Shown here in pieces: positions 47,561-58,051 of a stretch of 64,000 nt of DNA. Each line of letters starts with the position of its first letter. The stretch's first letter is position 1. The notes beneath the pieces are model-generated. The model had not been told where the DNA came from. It saw nothing but the letters and a program-made list of their open reading frames with translations, and did no database searches. The position numbers and the translations under genes were made by a program. The stretch is from Acutalibacteraceae bacterium (GTDB lineage: Bacteria > Bacillota > Clostridia > Oscillospirales > Acutalibacteraceae), in NCBI GenBank assembly GCA_045535475.1, contig JAZSLR010000074.1:3989-67988 (forward strand), written 5' to 3'.

Positions 47561-49519
47561 ATGGATAAATTTAAGCTGCATTCAAAATTCAAGCCCACCG
47601 GCGACCAGCCGCAGGCGATAGCTCAGCTTGTTGACGGAATCAACAAGGGATACGGCGAGCAGACTCTTCTGGGCGTTACCGGCTCGGGTAAGACTTTCAC
47701 GATGGCAAATATCATCGAGAAGGTCAACCGCCCCACGCTTATTCTCGCTCACAACAAAACCCTTGCCGCCCAGCTCTGCTCGGAATTCCGTGAATTTTTT
47801 CCTGAAAATGCCGTTGAATATTTTGTATCATACTATGATTATTATCAGCCCGAAGCATATATTCCCACAACCGATACTTACATTGAAAAAGATTCCGCCG
47901 TCAACGATGAAATCGATAAGCTCCGCCATTCCGCCACATCCGCACTTTCGGAAAGACGTGATGTAATCATCGTTGCCAGTGTTTCGTGCATATATACTCT
48001 CGGCGACCCTATCGACTACCGCAGTATGGTTATTTCCCTGCGCACGGGAATGGAGAAAAGCCGTGATGAACTGATAGAAAAGCTGGTTTCAATTCAGTAC
48101 GAAAGAAACGATATTGATTTCAGTCGTAACAAATTCCGTGTCAGGGGAGATGTTGTTGAAATCTTCCCCGTTTATTCAAACGAAAACGGAATAAGAGTTG
48201 AATTTTTCGGCGATGAAATTGACAGAATAAGCGAAATAAACGCCCTTACCGGTCAAGTCAAAAGCGTGCTTTCGCACGCAGCAATTTATCCCGCATCCCA
48301 CTATGTTATCGCGCCCGAAAAGATGGAGCGCTCGATAACTCAGATTTACGGCGAAATGCTTGACAGAGTCAAGTTTTTCGAAGAAAACGGCAAGCTTCTT
48401 GAAGCACAGAGAATCCGTCAGCGCACCGAATATGACATAGAAATGCTGCGTGAAACGGGATTCTGCAAGGGCATTGAAAACTATTCGAGAATTATGTCGG
48501 GCAGGCCTGCGGGTTCATCCCCTTTCACGCTTCTCAACTATTTTCCCGACGACTATCTTCTTTTTGTTGACGAATCCCACGTTACTCTGCCGCAGGTAAG
48601 AGCGATGTACGGCGGTGACAGAGCAAGAAAAGAAAGCCTGATTGAATTCGGATTCCGTCTGCCGTCGGCTTACGATAACAGGCCTCTGACTTTCGATGAA
48701 TTCTATGAAAGAACGGGACAGAAGGTTTTTGTCAGCGCAACTCCCGGTGAATTTGAAAAAGAGAAAAGCGCACATATCGCGGAGCAGGTTATCAGACCGA
48801 CAGGTCTGCTTGACCCCGAAATTTCCGTCAGACCTACCGAAGGTCAGATTGACGACCTTGTTTCGGAAATTAATTCAAGAACCGCAAAGGGCGAGCGTGT
48901 GCTCGTTACAACACTCACAAAGCGTATGGCGGAGGATTTGACGGATTACCTTGAAAATCTTGATATCAAAGTCCGCTATATGCACCACGATATAGACACA
49001 ATTGAGCGAATGGAAATCATCCGCGGTCTGCGTCTCGGCGATTTTGACGTTCTTATCGGCATCAACCTTCTGCGAGAGGGCCTTGACATCCCCGAAGTGT
49101 CGCTTGTTGCAATACTTGATGCGGATAAAGAAGGCTTCCTGCGTTCCGAAACGTCGCTGATTCAGACCATCGGCAGAGCGGCACGTAACGCCGAAGGCAC
49201 GGTTATAATGTATGCGGATAATGTTACTCCGTCAATGGAAAGAGCGATAACCGAAACCGTGCGCCGCCGTGAAAAACAGATGAAATATAACGAAGAGCAC
49301 GGCATCACGCCGAAAACAATCGTCAAGGATGTTCACGAAATAATTGAAATATCCGCCAAGGGCGACGAAGAAAAAGCAATCTCGAAGATGAGCCGCAAAG
49401 AGCGTGAAGCGATGATTCTCAAGCTTACCGCAGAAATGAAGGCGGCAGCAAAAATTCTTGAATTTGAGCACGCTGCATTTCTTCGCGACCGTATCGAAAA
49501 ACTCAGACGAGGTAAATAA
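47561..49519 (+). CDS. uvrB: Excinuclease ABC subunit B
   Basis: [57 protein letters not shown]. Confidence 0.97.
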   Translation: MDKFKLHSKFKPTGDQPQAIAQLVDGINKGYGEQTLLGVTGSGKTFTMANIIEKVNRPTLILAHNKTLAAQLCSEFREFFPENAVEYFVSYYDYYQPEAYIPTTDTYIEKDSAVNDEIDKLRHSATSALSERRDVIIVASVSCIYTLGDPIDYRSMVISLRTGMEKSRDELIEKLVSIQYERNDIDFSRNKFRVRGDVVEIFPVYSNENGIRVEFFGDEIDRISEINALTGQVKSVLSHAAIYPASHYVIAPEKMERSITQIYGEMLDRVKFFEENGKLLEAQRIRQRTEYDIEMLRETGFCKGIENYSRIMSGRPAGSSPFTLLNYFPDDYLLFVDESHVTLPQVRAMYGGDRARKESLIEFGFRLPSAYDNRPLTFDEFYERTGQKVFVSATPGEFEKEKSAHIAEQVIRPTGLLDPEISVRPTEGQIDDLVSEINSRTAKGERVLVTTLTKRMAEDLTDYLENLDIKVRYMHHDIDTIERMEIIRGLRLGDFDVLIGINLLREGLDIPEVSLVAILDADKEGFLRSETSLIQTIGRAARNAEGTVIMYADNVTPSMERAITETVRRREKQMKYNEEHGITPKTIVKDVHEIIEISAKGDEEKAISKMSRKEREAMILKLTAEMKAAAKILEFEHAAFLRDRIEKLRRGK

Positions 49520-49522
49520 CTG

Positions 49523-52348
49523 ATGGCTGTAAAAAATTTAACTGTTAAGGGTGCGAAAGAGCACAACCTTAAAAACGTTGATATAACAATTCCCCGTGAC
49601 AAGCTCGTTGTTTTCACGGGTCTTTCGGGTTCGGGCAAATCCTCTCTCGCCTTTGACACAATCTATGCCGAGGGTCAGAGAAGATATGTTGAATCCCATT
49701 CGTCATACGCAAGGCAGTTCCTCGGTCAAATGGAAAAGCCCAATGTCGAAAGCATTGAGGGTCTCTCCCCCGCCATTTCAATCGACCAGAAAACAACCTC
49801 AAAGTATCCCCGTTCAACCGTCGGCACGGTCACGGAGATTTATGACAATCTGCGTCTGCTTTATGCAAGAATCGGCATACCCCATTGCCCCGAATGCGGC
49901 AGAGAAATCAGCAAGCAGACGGTTGATGATATAACTATGCAGGTGCTTTCGCTTGAAGAGGGCACGAAAATTCAGGTTATGGCACCCATAGCAAGAGGCA
50001 AGAAGGGCGAATATGTAAAAGAGCTTGACTCAATCCGCAAGAGCGGTTTTGCAAGAGTGCGTATAGACGGAATAACCTATGATTTATCCGAAGAAATCAA
50101 ACTTGAAAAGAATATAAAACACAACATCGAGGTCATTGTTGACCGCCTTGTCATCAAAGACGGAATCCGTTCAAGACTTGCCGATTCAAACGAAACGGCA
50201 ACAAATCTTACCGACGGACTGCTTCTGATTGATGTTATCGGCGGCGAAGAGATGCTTTATTCACTCAATTACGCCTGCCCCGAACACGGAGTGAGCATCG
50301 AAGAGCTCGAGCCACGCTCATTTTCATTCAACAATCCGTTCGGCGCCTGCCCGAATTGCTCGGGTCTGAGCGTGCTTATGAAGGTTGACCCGAAAATGGT
50401 TGTGCCCGACGAAAATCTTTCCATCCGTGACGGTGCAATCAAGGCAGGCGGCTGGTCAGCAAGCGATGGCGGCACAATTGCACAGATGTACTACGAGGGA
50501 ATCGCAAACGCCTATGATTTTTCGCTCGACACTCCGTTCAAGGATTTGCCGAAAAAGGCGAAGGATATTGTTTTCTACGGCACGGGCGGCAAAAAAATAA
50601 AGCTTGAACGCAGGAGTGAGTACGGAAGCGGCACATATATGACCGATTTTGAAGGCGTTATCAACAACCTCGAACGCCGTTACAGAGAAACCACAAGCGA
50701 GTGGTCAAGAAACGAAATTGAAGGTTATATGTCAACCGTGAAGTGCCCCGAATGCGGCGGTGCAAGGCTTCGCAAGGAGTCCCTCGGCGTTACCGTCGGC
50801 GGCATCAACATTGATGAGTTTGTCAATAAATCAATCGACGAAGAAATAGAATTCCTCGACAGTCTGAATCTCAGCGAAAGAGATAAAATGATTGCGGGGC
50901 AGATCATAAAAGAAATAAGAAGCAGACTGAACTTCCTTTCAAGCGTCGGTCTGAATTATCTCACCCTTGCCCGCTCATCCGCTACTCTTTCGGGCGGCGA
51001 AGCGCAGAGAATCCGCCTTGCAACGCAAATCGGCTCATCACTTATGGGTGTTCTTTATATACTCGACGAGCCGAGCATAGGGCTGCACCAGCGTGACAAT
51101 TCAAAGCTTCTCAAAACTCTTCAGGAGCTTCGCGACCTCGGCAACACGCTTATCGTTGTTGAGCACGATGAAGAAACAATGCGGTCTGCGGACTATATTG
51201 TTGACGTCGGACCGGGCGCAGGTATTCACGGTGGTGAAATCGTCTGTTGCGGTGATATAAACGACATCATCAATTGCAAAAAATCAATAACAGGTCAGTA
51301 CCTCAGCGGCAAGAAATATATTCCTTTACCCGAAAAGCGCAGAGAGGGCAACGGCAAATCACTTGTTGTTTACGGTGCAAAAGAAAACAATCTTAAAAAC
51401 ATTGATGTTGAATTTCCTCTCGGAAAATTCATCAGTGTTACGGGTGTTTCAGGCTCCGGCAAATCCTCGCTTATCAACGAAATTCTCAACAAATATCTTG
51501 CAACCGAGCTGAATAACGCAAAGAAAAAGCCCGGCGCCCACGACAGAATCACGGGCGCAGAGCATCTTGATAAGGTTATAAATATTGACCAATCCCCCAT
51601 CGGACGCACTCCACGTTCGAATCCCGCAACCTATACGGGCGTTTTCAACGATATCCGCGAGCTTTTCGCCTCAACCGTTGATTCAAAGAAAAAAGGCTAC
51701 AAATCGAGCAGATTTTCATTCAACGTCAAGGGCGGCAGATGCGAAGCCTGCCAGGGCGACGGTATAGTCAAAATCGAGATGCACTTTATGAGCGATATCT
51801 ATGTGCCGTGCGAAGTCTGCGGCGGCAAACGCTATAACAGAGAAACGCTCGAGGTAAAATATAAGGGCAAAACTATCCACGATGTGCTTGAAATGACGGT
51901 TGAAGAGGGTATGAACTTCTTTGAAAGCATCCCGAAAATCCACCGTAAAATCAAGACTCTTTATGATGTAGGTCTGGGATATATCAAAATCGGTCAGCCT
52001 GCAACAACCCTTTCGGGCGGCGAAGCACAGAGAGTGAAGCTTGCAACCGAGCTTTCCAAGATTTCAACGGGCAGAACGGTTTATATTCTTGACGAGCCGA
52101 CAACGGGACTTCACACAGCCGATGTTCACAGACTGATTGATGTGCTTCAGAAGTTTGTCGACAAGGGCAACACGGTTATCGTTATCGAGCATAATCTTGA
52201 CGTTATAAAAGTATCCGACCACATAATCGACCTCGGTCCGGAGGGCGGCAACGGCGGCGGAAAAATCGTCGCTCAGGGCACACCCGAAGAGGTTGCGAAA
52301 TGCAAAAAATCATATACGGGTATGTATCTGAAAGAAGTTTTGAAATAA
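49523..52348 (+). CDS. uvrA: Excinuclease ABC subunit A
   Basis: [20 protein letters not shown], zinc fingers, two ABC cassettes, LSGGEAQR. Confidence 0.96.
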   Translation: MAVKNLTVKGAKEHNLKNVDITIPRDKLVVFTGLSGSGKSSLAFDTIYAEGQRRYVESHSSYARQFLGQMEKPNVESIEGLSPAISIDQKTTSKYPRSTVGTVTEIYDNLRLLYARIGIPHCPECGREISKQTVDDITMQVLSLEEGTKIQVMAPIARGKKGEYVKELDSIRKSGFARVRIDGITYDLSEEIKLEKNIKHNIEVIVDRLVIKDGIRSRLADSNETATNLTDGLLLIDVIGGEEMLYSLNYACPEHGVSIEELEPRSFSFNNPFGACPNCSGLSVLMKVDPKMVVPDENLSIRDGAIKAGGWSASDGGTIAQMYYEGIANAYDFSLDTPFKDLPKKAKDIVFYGTGGKKIKLERRSEYGSGTYMTDFEGVINNLERRYRETTSEWSRNEIEGYMSTVKCPECGGARLRKESLGVTVGGINIDEFVNKSIDEEIEFLDSLNLSERDKMIAGQIIKEIRSRLNFLSSVGLNYLTLARSSATLSGGEAQRIRLATQIGSSLMGVLYILDEPSIGLHQRDNSKLLKTLQELRDLGNTLIVVEHDEETMRSADYIVDVGPGAGIHGGEIVCCGDINDIINCKKSITGQYLSGKKYIPLPEKRREGNGKSLVVYGAKENNLKNIDVEFPLGKFISVTGVSGSGKSSLINEILNKYLATELNNAKKKPGAHDRITGAEHLDKVINIDQSPIGRTPRSNPATYTGVFNDIRELFASTVDSKKKGYKSSRFSFNVKGGRCEACQGDGIVKIEMHFMSDIYVPCEVCGGKRYNRETLEVKYKGKTIHDVLEMTVEEGMNFFESIPKIHRKIKTLYDVGLGYIKIGQPATTLSGGEAQRVKLATELSKISTGRTVYILDEPTTGLHTADVHRLIDVLQKFVDKGNTVIVIEHNLDVIKVSDHIIDLGPEGGNGGGKIVAQGTPEEVAKCKKSYTGMYLKEVLK

Positions 52349-52440
52349 AAAGTCTTTTTTAATGAACAGTAATACAGCTTGCGACGGATAAAGCGGAAAT
52401 TAAACATTGTTTTAAGCTTTAATAATTGCCTGACGGCAAT

Positions 52441-52484
52441 CACCTCATCCGTCGCTATGCGACACCTTCCCCTCAAGGGGAAGG
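52441..52484 (+). repeat. REP-like double-hairpin repeat, left copy
   Basis: CACCTCATCC-GTCGC.TAT.GCGAC-A-CCTTCCCC.TCAA.GGGGAAGG. Confidence 0.85.
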
Positions 52485-52505
52485 CTTAACATAAGGACTG
52501 ATTTT

Positions 52506-52883
52506 ATGAATACAGCACACAACAAAAAATTAACCCGCAATTCACAGACGTTACGAAAAAATATGACCAAAGAAGAAAGACACCTATGGTATGATTTTCT
52601 CAAAGAAATTCCGGTCACATTTCATCGTCAGAAAGTGATTGACAATTATATTGTTGACTTTTATTGTGCAAGTGCAAAGCTTGTTATTGAGCTTGACGGA
52701 ACACAGCATTATCTTGACAAAGGAAAATCAAAAGATAAAATAAGAGACACTTTTTTATCGTCAAAAGGACTTACCGTTTTGAGATATTCAAACGATGATG
52801 TTAATAATGAATTTGAAAGTGTATGCCAAGATATATTCAACAACCTTGTTCAAAAATGCGTTATCCCCTCACCTTCTCCTTGA
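52506..52883 (+). CDS. DUF559 / Vsr-like endonuclease domain protein
   Basis: LRKNMT.EE..LW, F.RQ..I..YIVDFYC...KLVIELDG.QH, D..RD..L...G..VLRY.N. Confidence 0.9.
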   Translation: MNTAHNKKLTRNSQTLRKNMTKEERHLWYDFLKEIPVTFHRQKVIDNYIVDFYCASAKLVIELDGTQHYLDKGKSKDKIRDTFLSSKGLTVLRYSNDDVNNEFESVCQDIFNNLVQKCVIPSPSP

Positions 52884-52916
52884 GGAGAAGGTGTCACCGC
52901 AGTGACGGATGAGGTG
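52872..52916 (-). repeat. REP-like double-hairpin repeat, right (inverted) copy
   Basis: Reverse complement CACCTCATCC-GTCAC.TGCG.GTGAC-A-CCTTCTCC.TCAA.GGAGAAGG; overlaps the DUF559 stop codon. Confidence 0.85.
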
Positions 52917-52936
52917 TGCAAAAGGAGAAATTATAT

Positions 52937-53497
52937 ATGAATATTTATAAATCTTGTCCTCAATTTGAGAATGAGCGTTTTTTACTGCGCTATGTTTCAG
53001 AAAATGATTGTTCGGACTTATTAAAGGTTTATTCCGACGTGGATTCTGTACCGTTTTTCAACAGCGACAACTGCGGCGGAGATGATTTTTATTACACAAG
53101 CGAAGAAAGAATGCTTGAAGCAATTAAATATTGGTTTTTTGAATATGAGAGAAAAGGATTTGTTCGTTGGTCAATCATTGATAAGACTTCCAATGAAGCA
53201 ATCGGCACAATCGAACTTTTCCACAGGAAAGCTAAAGATTATTTCACAAAATGCGGCTTGTTGAGATTGGATTTGAGAAGCGATTATGAAAGTAAAGATA
53301 AGATTATAAATATTTTATCGCCAATTCTTGCTCCAACTTTCAAGCTGTTTCATTGCAATAAAATTGCAACAAAAGCAATACCCGAAGCAAAAGAAAGAAT
53401 CTCCGCTTTAAGCAAACTCGGTTTTGCTCTGTCAGATGAAAAATTAATCGGACATGACGAAACGGAATACTCATCATATTTTGTACTTCACAAATAA
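52937..53497 (+). CDS. GNAT family N-acetyltransferase (RimJ/RimL-like)
   Basis: FENERFLLR, RWSIIDK...IGTIELF, LRLDLRSDYE; AT-rich; ATG 52937 behind AAGGAG. Confidence 0.75.
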   Translation: MNIYKSCPQFENERFLLRYVSENDCSDLLKVYSDVDSVPFFNSDNCGGDDFYYTSEERMLEAIKYWFFEYERKGFVRWSIIDKTSNEAIGTIELFHRKAKDYFTKCGLLRLDLRSDYESKDKIINILSPILAPTFKLFHCNKIATKAIPEAKERISALSKLGFALSDEKLIGHDETEYSSYFVLHK

Positions 53498-53513
53498 TTT
53501 GTAGGGCATATAC

Positions 53514-53545
53514 AAAAAGACCACAGTCGATTGACTGTGGTCTTT
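53514..53545. terminator. Terminator of the rplU-prp-rpmA operon, probably bidirectional
   Basis: AAAGACCACAGTC-GATT-GACTGTGGTCTTT. Confidence 0.8.
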
Positions 53546-53559
53546 ATCATTTTCAGTAA

Positions 53560-53844
53560 TTACTGCTCAACAGCGTAAACGCTTACCTTCTTGCGGTCCT
53601 TACCCATACGCTCAAACTTAACTGTTCCGTCGATGAGTGCGAAGAGAGTGTCATCTGAACCTCTGCCGACGTTGTTGCCGGGATGGATGTGAGTACCTCT
53701 CTGCTTTACAAGGATGTTACCTGCAAGAACAAACTGACCGTCAGCCCTCTTAGCGCCGAGTCTCTTTGACTCTGAATCACGGCCGTTACGGGTTGAACCC
53801 ATACCTTTCTTATGAGCGAAAAGCTGTACATTTATCTTAAGCAT
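53560..53844 (-). CDS. rpmA: 50S ribosomal protein L27 with Prp-cleaved N-terminal extension
   Basis: MLKINVQLF|[19 protein letters not shown]. Confidence 0.97.
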   Translation of the reverse strand: MLKINVQLFAHKKGMGSTRNGRDSESKRLGAKRADGQFVLAGNILVKQRGTHIHPGNNVGRGSDDTLFALIDGTVKFERMGKDRKKVSVYAVEQ

Positions 53845-54161
53845 TACTTTACACCTCCGTAGATTATTTTGATGTTTTCGGGATATTGCTTTGAAAGCTC
53901 CGTTAAATGAAGCTCCAGACCTCTGAGCACCGTTTCCGTCTGCTCATCCGGCTGACTGAGGGTTACGCGCATCACTCCGTCCTGCGCATCGGCATCGGCA
54001 TTTGCACCGATGATTTCGGTTATTGTGTTCGCTGCCATAAAAGCCGCCGAAGAAACCGCCGCACACACAACGTCGCTGCCGCTTTCGGCAAACATCGCGT
54101 GACCTTTTATTTCAAAGCCTGTGAGTTGTTTGTTACCGATTAAGAATTTAACCCTAATCAT
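53844..54161 (-). CDS. prp: Ribosomal-processing cysteine protease Prp
   Basis: GHA.....[15 protein letters not shown]; between rplU and rpmA. Confidence 0.92.
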   Translation of the reverse strand: MIRVKFLIGNKQLTGFEIKGHAMFAESGSDVVCAAVSSAAFMAANTITEIIGANADADAQDGVMRVTLSQPDEQTETVLRGLELHLTELSKQYPENIKIIYGGVK

Positions 54162-54172
54162 TTGAGAAATTC

Positions 54173-54484
54173 TTATGCGTTGATAGCAGAGATTTCAACC
54201 TTAGTGTAAGGCTGTCTGTGGCCCATCTTTCTCTTTGAGTTCTTCTTGGGCTTGTAGGTCATAACGGTGATTTTCTTTGCCTTGCCGTTCTTGACAATCT
54301 TTGCTGAAACGCTTGCACCTGCTACATAGGGTGCGCCAACGGTGATACCGTCGTCGGTTCCAACTGCGATAACCTTGTCAAAGGTGTACTCGCTTGCTTC
54401 TTCTGCGCCAAGCTTTTCGATGAAAATTACATCGCCGGCTTCAACCTTATACTGCTTGCCGCCTGTTTCGATAATTGCGTACAT
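54173..54484 (-). CDS. rplU: 50S ribosomal protein L21
   Basis: [14 protein letters not shown]...GHRQPYT. Confidence 0.97.
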   Translation of the reverse strand: MYAIIETGGKQYKVEAGDVIFIEKLGAEEASEYTFDKVIAVGTDDGITVGAPYVAGASVSAKIVKNGKAKKITVMTYKPKKNSKRKMGHRQPYTKVEISAINA

Positions 54485-54504
54485 CGGATTTTCATTCCTT
54501 TTCT

Positions 54505-54600
54505 TTAAGACTCGCTATTCTGTAACTCTTATAAGTGGGTTACCGGAGGCACAGATTAAATCTGTTTTTGGGCATAAGTCACCCGCCCCGAATATGCGGC
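54505..54600 (-). ncRNA. Probable ribosomal protein L21 leader
   Basis: Structured 5' UTR ending ...ATAGCGAGTCT just before the rplU RBS; boundaries approximate. Confidence 0.45.
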
Positions 54601-54658
54601 ATATGAGATTATATCACAACATTCAACCGATGTCAAATGTTTTTTTGAGAATTTTCGA

Positions 54659-54898
54659 TTATTTCTGTTCTCCGTCATAAGGAGTATAATTTGCCTGCTG
54701 ATAATCGGTATTTTCAGGCTCTTCGGGAATAATCAGAGCGGCAATAAGATAAATGATTATCGGGCAGCCGAGAACAAAAAGTGAGAGAAGAACATAGATA
54801 ATTCTGAGTATGGTTGCATCAATATTGAAATATTTTGCAAATCCGCCAAGTACGCCGAGGAGTTTTTTGTCTGTTTTGCTTCTGTAAATCTTTTTCAT
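54659..54898 (-). CDS. PspC domain protein
   Basis: KKIYRS..DK.L.GV.GG.A.YF.ID.TI.RI...Y....IIPEEP. Confidence 0.9.
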   Translation of the reverse strand: MKKIYRSKTDKKLLGVLGGFAKYFNIDATILRIIYVLLSLFVLGCPIIIYLIAALIIPEEPENTDYQQANYTPYDGEQK

Positions 54899-54918
54899 AT
54901 CTTTCTATCCTTTCTTTA

Positions 54919-55767
54919 TTATTTATTCTGAATTTTCGCAGCAGTAAGAGTATTTCTCATCAGCATTGCGATTGTCATAGGTCCGACGCCGCCGGGCACA
55001 GGAGTTATCATCGATGACTTATCCTTGACTTCATCAAAATCAACGTCGCCGCAGAGCTTGCCGTTTTCATCTCTGTCCATACCGACGTCGAGAACGATTG
55101 CGCCTTCCTTGACCATATCTGCTTTAACAAACTTTGCAATGCCGACAGCCGCAACAAGAATATCCGCCTGCTTTGTTATTTCGGCAAGGTTCTGAGTTTT
55201 AGAGTGGCAGATTGTGACTGTTGCGTTTCTTGCAAGCATAAGCATTGCCATAGGCTTGCCGACGATATCGCTTCTGCCGATGATAACGCAGTGCTTGCCC
55301 GTGGGGTCAATGCCTTCGTATTCAAGCATCTTGACCATACCCATCGGCGTGCAGGGCACAAGCTCGCCGTTTCCGATGCAGAGTCTGCCGACATTCTCGG
55401 GATGGAAGCAGTCAACATCCTTTTCGGGAAGAATTCTTTCAAGAACAAGATTCTTGTTGATATGTTTGGGAACGGGAAGCTGGCATAAGATGCCGTTGAC
55501 GGATTTATCCGCATTCAGCTTGTCGATAAGCTCAAGAAGCTCCTCGGTTGTTGTTTCCTCGGGAAGAGCATATTCAAGCGAACGCATACCCGTTCTTTCG
55601 CACGCCGCTTTTTTGTTGTTAACGTAAATTCTTGAAGCAGGGTCGTTTCCGACAATGATAACCGCAAGGGTCGGGAGAATTCCGTTAGCCTTGAGTGCCT
55701 CAACCTGTTCCGAAATTTTTTCGAGATTAAATTCTCTTATTGCTTTGCCGTCAATTATTTTGTACAT
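54919..55767 (-). CDS. folD: Methylenetetrahydrofolate dehydrogenase/cyclohydrolase
   Basis: IIDGK, Y..NK, GILCQLP, KDVD, PCTP.G, GRS.IVGKP, TPVPGGVGPMT; start reassigned to ATG 55767. Confidence 0.95.
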   Translation of the reverse strand: MYKIIDGKAIREFNLEKISEQVEALKANGILPTLAVIIVGNDPASRIYVNNKKAACERTGMRSLEYALPEETTTEELLELIDKLNADKSVNGILCQLPVPKHINKNLVLERILPEKDVDCFHPENVGRLCIGNGELVPCTPMGMVKMLEYEGIDPTGKHCVIIGRSDIVGKPMAMLMLARNATVTICHSKTQNLAEITKQADILVAAVGIAKFVKADMVKEGAIVLDVGMDRDENGKLCGDVDFDEVKDKSSMITPVPGGVGPMTIAMLMRNTLTAAKIQNK

Positions 55768-56764
55768 CGGGCTCTGCCTCCTCATTTTCAACGGTTTCTG
55801 TTTCTTCAACTGTTTCCATTGGATTTTTCTTTGCCTCGGCTTCTGCTTTGAGCTGCTCTTCAAGGAAGAAATCAACTCCGTCGATGGGCTTGGGATTCTT
55901 TATATATTTACGCAGAAGAACTATCAGCAGAACGGTGCAGACTACGACAAGCGCCGCCGAAACCGCCTGCGAAACTCTGATTGTTGTGCCTGCGATATAA
56001 AGGCTGTCAGTACGCAGACCCTCAACGATTGTTCTTTCAAGTCCGTACCATATTCCGTAACACAGAGCAATCTGTCCGCTGAATTTTCTTGCTTTACGGC
56101 AGATAATGTAAAGCACAAAAAATCCAAGAAGGCACCAGATTGATTCGTAAAGGAAAGTCGGGTGAACGGGAAGCATCGGGTCAACTGCAAAGCCTTTTGA
56201 AGCGTAAAGCTCCTGGTTTCTCATAACATCCGCAGCAACCTTTTCGCTCCACATACCCCAGGGAAGGTCGGTATTGACACCGAAGGCTTCCTGATTTGTG
56301 AAGTTGCCCCATCTGCCGATACCCTGACCGATGAGAAGGCTCATAGTCGCCATATCAAGCAAATTGAAATAATTCATCTTTCTGACTTTGCAAACAAAGT
56401 ATGCCGCAACAAGTCCACCGATGATACCGCCGTAAATAGCGAGTCCGCCTTCCCAGATTTGCGGTATTTCGGAAAGATGTGTGCCATAATAATCCCATTT
56501 TGAAAACACATAATAAAGCCTTGCACCGATAATTGCGGCGATTGTGCCGTAGATAAGAACATCGACCATCTTGTCAAGGCTCATCTTCCATTTGTAAGCC
56601 ATTCTGCCGCCGAAAAGCACGGCAAGCAGAAAGCCGAAAGCGATAATCGCTCCGTAAAATTTGATTTCAATGTCAATTCCGAATATCGAAAAATCGGCAA
56701 GCACGCTCGGCACGCTGAAGCCGCGTTTGATAGCCGTGAAATAAACAACTGTATAGTCCGACAT
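55751..56764 (-). CDS. lgt: Prolipoprotein diacylglyceryl transferase
   Basis: GARLYYV, WEGGLAIYGG, GQ.IGRWGNF.NQE.FG, HPTFLYES, E.LRTD. Confidence 0.95.
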   Translation of the reverse strand: MSDYTVVYFTAIKRGFSVPSVLADFSIFGIDIEIKFYGAIIAFGFLLAVLFGGRMAYKWKMSLDKMVDVLIYGTIAAIIGARLYYVFSKWDYYGTHLSEIPQIWEGGLAIYGGIIGGLVAAYFVCKVRKMNYFNLLDMATMSLLIGQGIGRWGNFTNQEAFGVNTDLPWGMWSEKVAADVMRNQELYASKGFAVDPMLPVHPTFLYESIWCLLGFFVLYIICRKARKFSGQIALCYGIWYGLERTIVEGLRTDSLYIAGTTIRVSQAVSAALVVVCTVLLIVLLRKYIKNPKPIDGVDFFLEEQLKAEAEAKKNPMETVEETETVENEEAEPDVQNN

Positions 56765-56782
56765 TTTTTAATTCCTCTTTTC

Positions 56783-58051
56783 TCAGATGGGACTTATAAC
56801 AGAAAGAGCGCTGAATTCTTCCTTAAGAACATTCAGTCTTTCCTGTGCCTTTTCGATTGTAAGATTTTTGCAGGCTTCAAGCTCTGCAAACGGCTCATAA
56901 TCGTTGAAATAAAGATTCATCATCATATTGGCTATATCGTCGATATCGTTATAGCACATTACATAGCGTCCGTAGAACTTGCGTTTTGCTCTTTCAAAAG
57001 CGACGGGATCAATTCCGTCCGTCTGCGCCTTTCTGATTTCCGCCTTGATGATATCCGCGGTCTTTTCAGGGTCGGCACTTGTTCCGCCCAACATAACGCA
57101 CGAGAAACCGAATCCATTGAACATCTCCGAGCCGAAGCCCATATCAATCAGCTCTTCGTCAAGCAGACGCTTGAACAGAGGCGATGATTTTCCGCAAAGT
57201 GCTTCAAGCACGATTTCGGATGCAATTTCGTCCTCAAGGCTGAGAAGAGGATTGTCAAGCTCTTCCTTGAAGCCGAGAAGGAACTGCTTCTGCGCAACGG
57301 AAAGATGTTCTTCGATGAAGCACTGAACGGGTTTTCCGCTCTCCTTTTCGAACTTTCTCTCGACGGGTTTTGCATCGGCTTTCTTTATGCATCTGTCAAC
57401 GATATCAAAAACCTCCTGCGGTTCAATTGCACCGACAACGCAAAGCACCATATTTGCGGGATTATAGAAATTCTTATAAAGTCTGTAAAGCAGGTCGGCA
57501 TCAATTTTTGCAATTGATTCCTGAGTGCCTGCAATGTCAATTCTTACGGGATGAACGCTGTAAAGCGCACGAAGAAGGTTAAACATAACCTGCCAGTCGG
57601 GCAAATCCTGATACATACGGATTTCCTGACCGATAATGCCCTGCTCCTTTTCAACGGTCTGCTGAGTGAAATAGGGGTTCTGAACAAAGTCAAGAAGAAT
57701 TTCGAGAGATTCGCCGATATTCTCCGAGCCTTTGAAAAGATATGCTGTTTTTTCAAAACTCGTGTAAGCATTTGCGCTTGCACCCGTTTTCGCAAAACGC
57801 TCAAAAGCGTTTAAATCTTCGCTCTCAAAAAGCTTGTGCTCAAGGAAATGAGCCGTACCCTCGGGAATCATCTCAAACTCGCCGTTTTCATTCTTCACCG
57901 CGGTGTCAATCGAGCCGTACTTTACGCCGAAAACCGCATATGCGGATGAATAGCCCGCCTTGGGCATAACCCTTATTTCAAGACCCGATTCGTGACGGGC
58001 GCAGAAAACGCTCTCGCCGAGCTTTTCGTTTGTTATCTGCTTAATCTGCAT
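56783..58051 (-). CDS. M16 family peptidase, YmfH-like (active-site subunit)
   Basis: G.AHFLEHKLFE, NAYTSF, EKEQGIIGQEI.MY.D, HP...DIAGT. Confidence 0.9.
   Translation of the reverse strand: MQIKQITNEKLGESVFCARHESGLEIRVMPKAGYSSAYAVFGVKYGSIDTAVKNENGEFEMIPEGTAHFLEHKLFESEDLNAFERFAKTGASANAYTSFEKTAYLFKGSENIGESLEILLDFVQNPYFTQQTVEKEQGIIGQEIRMYQDLPDWQVMFNLLRALYSVHPVRIDIAGTQESIAKIDADLLYRLYKNFYNPANMVLCVVGAIEPQEVFDIVDRCIKKADAKPVERKFEKESGKPVQCFIEEHLSVAQKQFLLGFKEELDNPLLSLEDEIASEIVLEALCGKSSPLFKRLLDEELIDMGFGSEMFNGFGFSCVMLGGTSADPEKTADIIKAEIRKAQTDGIDPVAFERAKRKFYGRYVMCYNDIDDIANMMMNLYFNDYEPFAELEACKNLTIEKAQERLNVLKEEFSALSVISPI

Noticed and set aside
53560-54161. L27 N-terminal extension with adjacent protease
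   Set aside because: Well-described Firmicutes L27/Prp system, not novel
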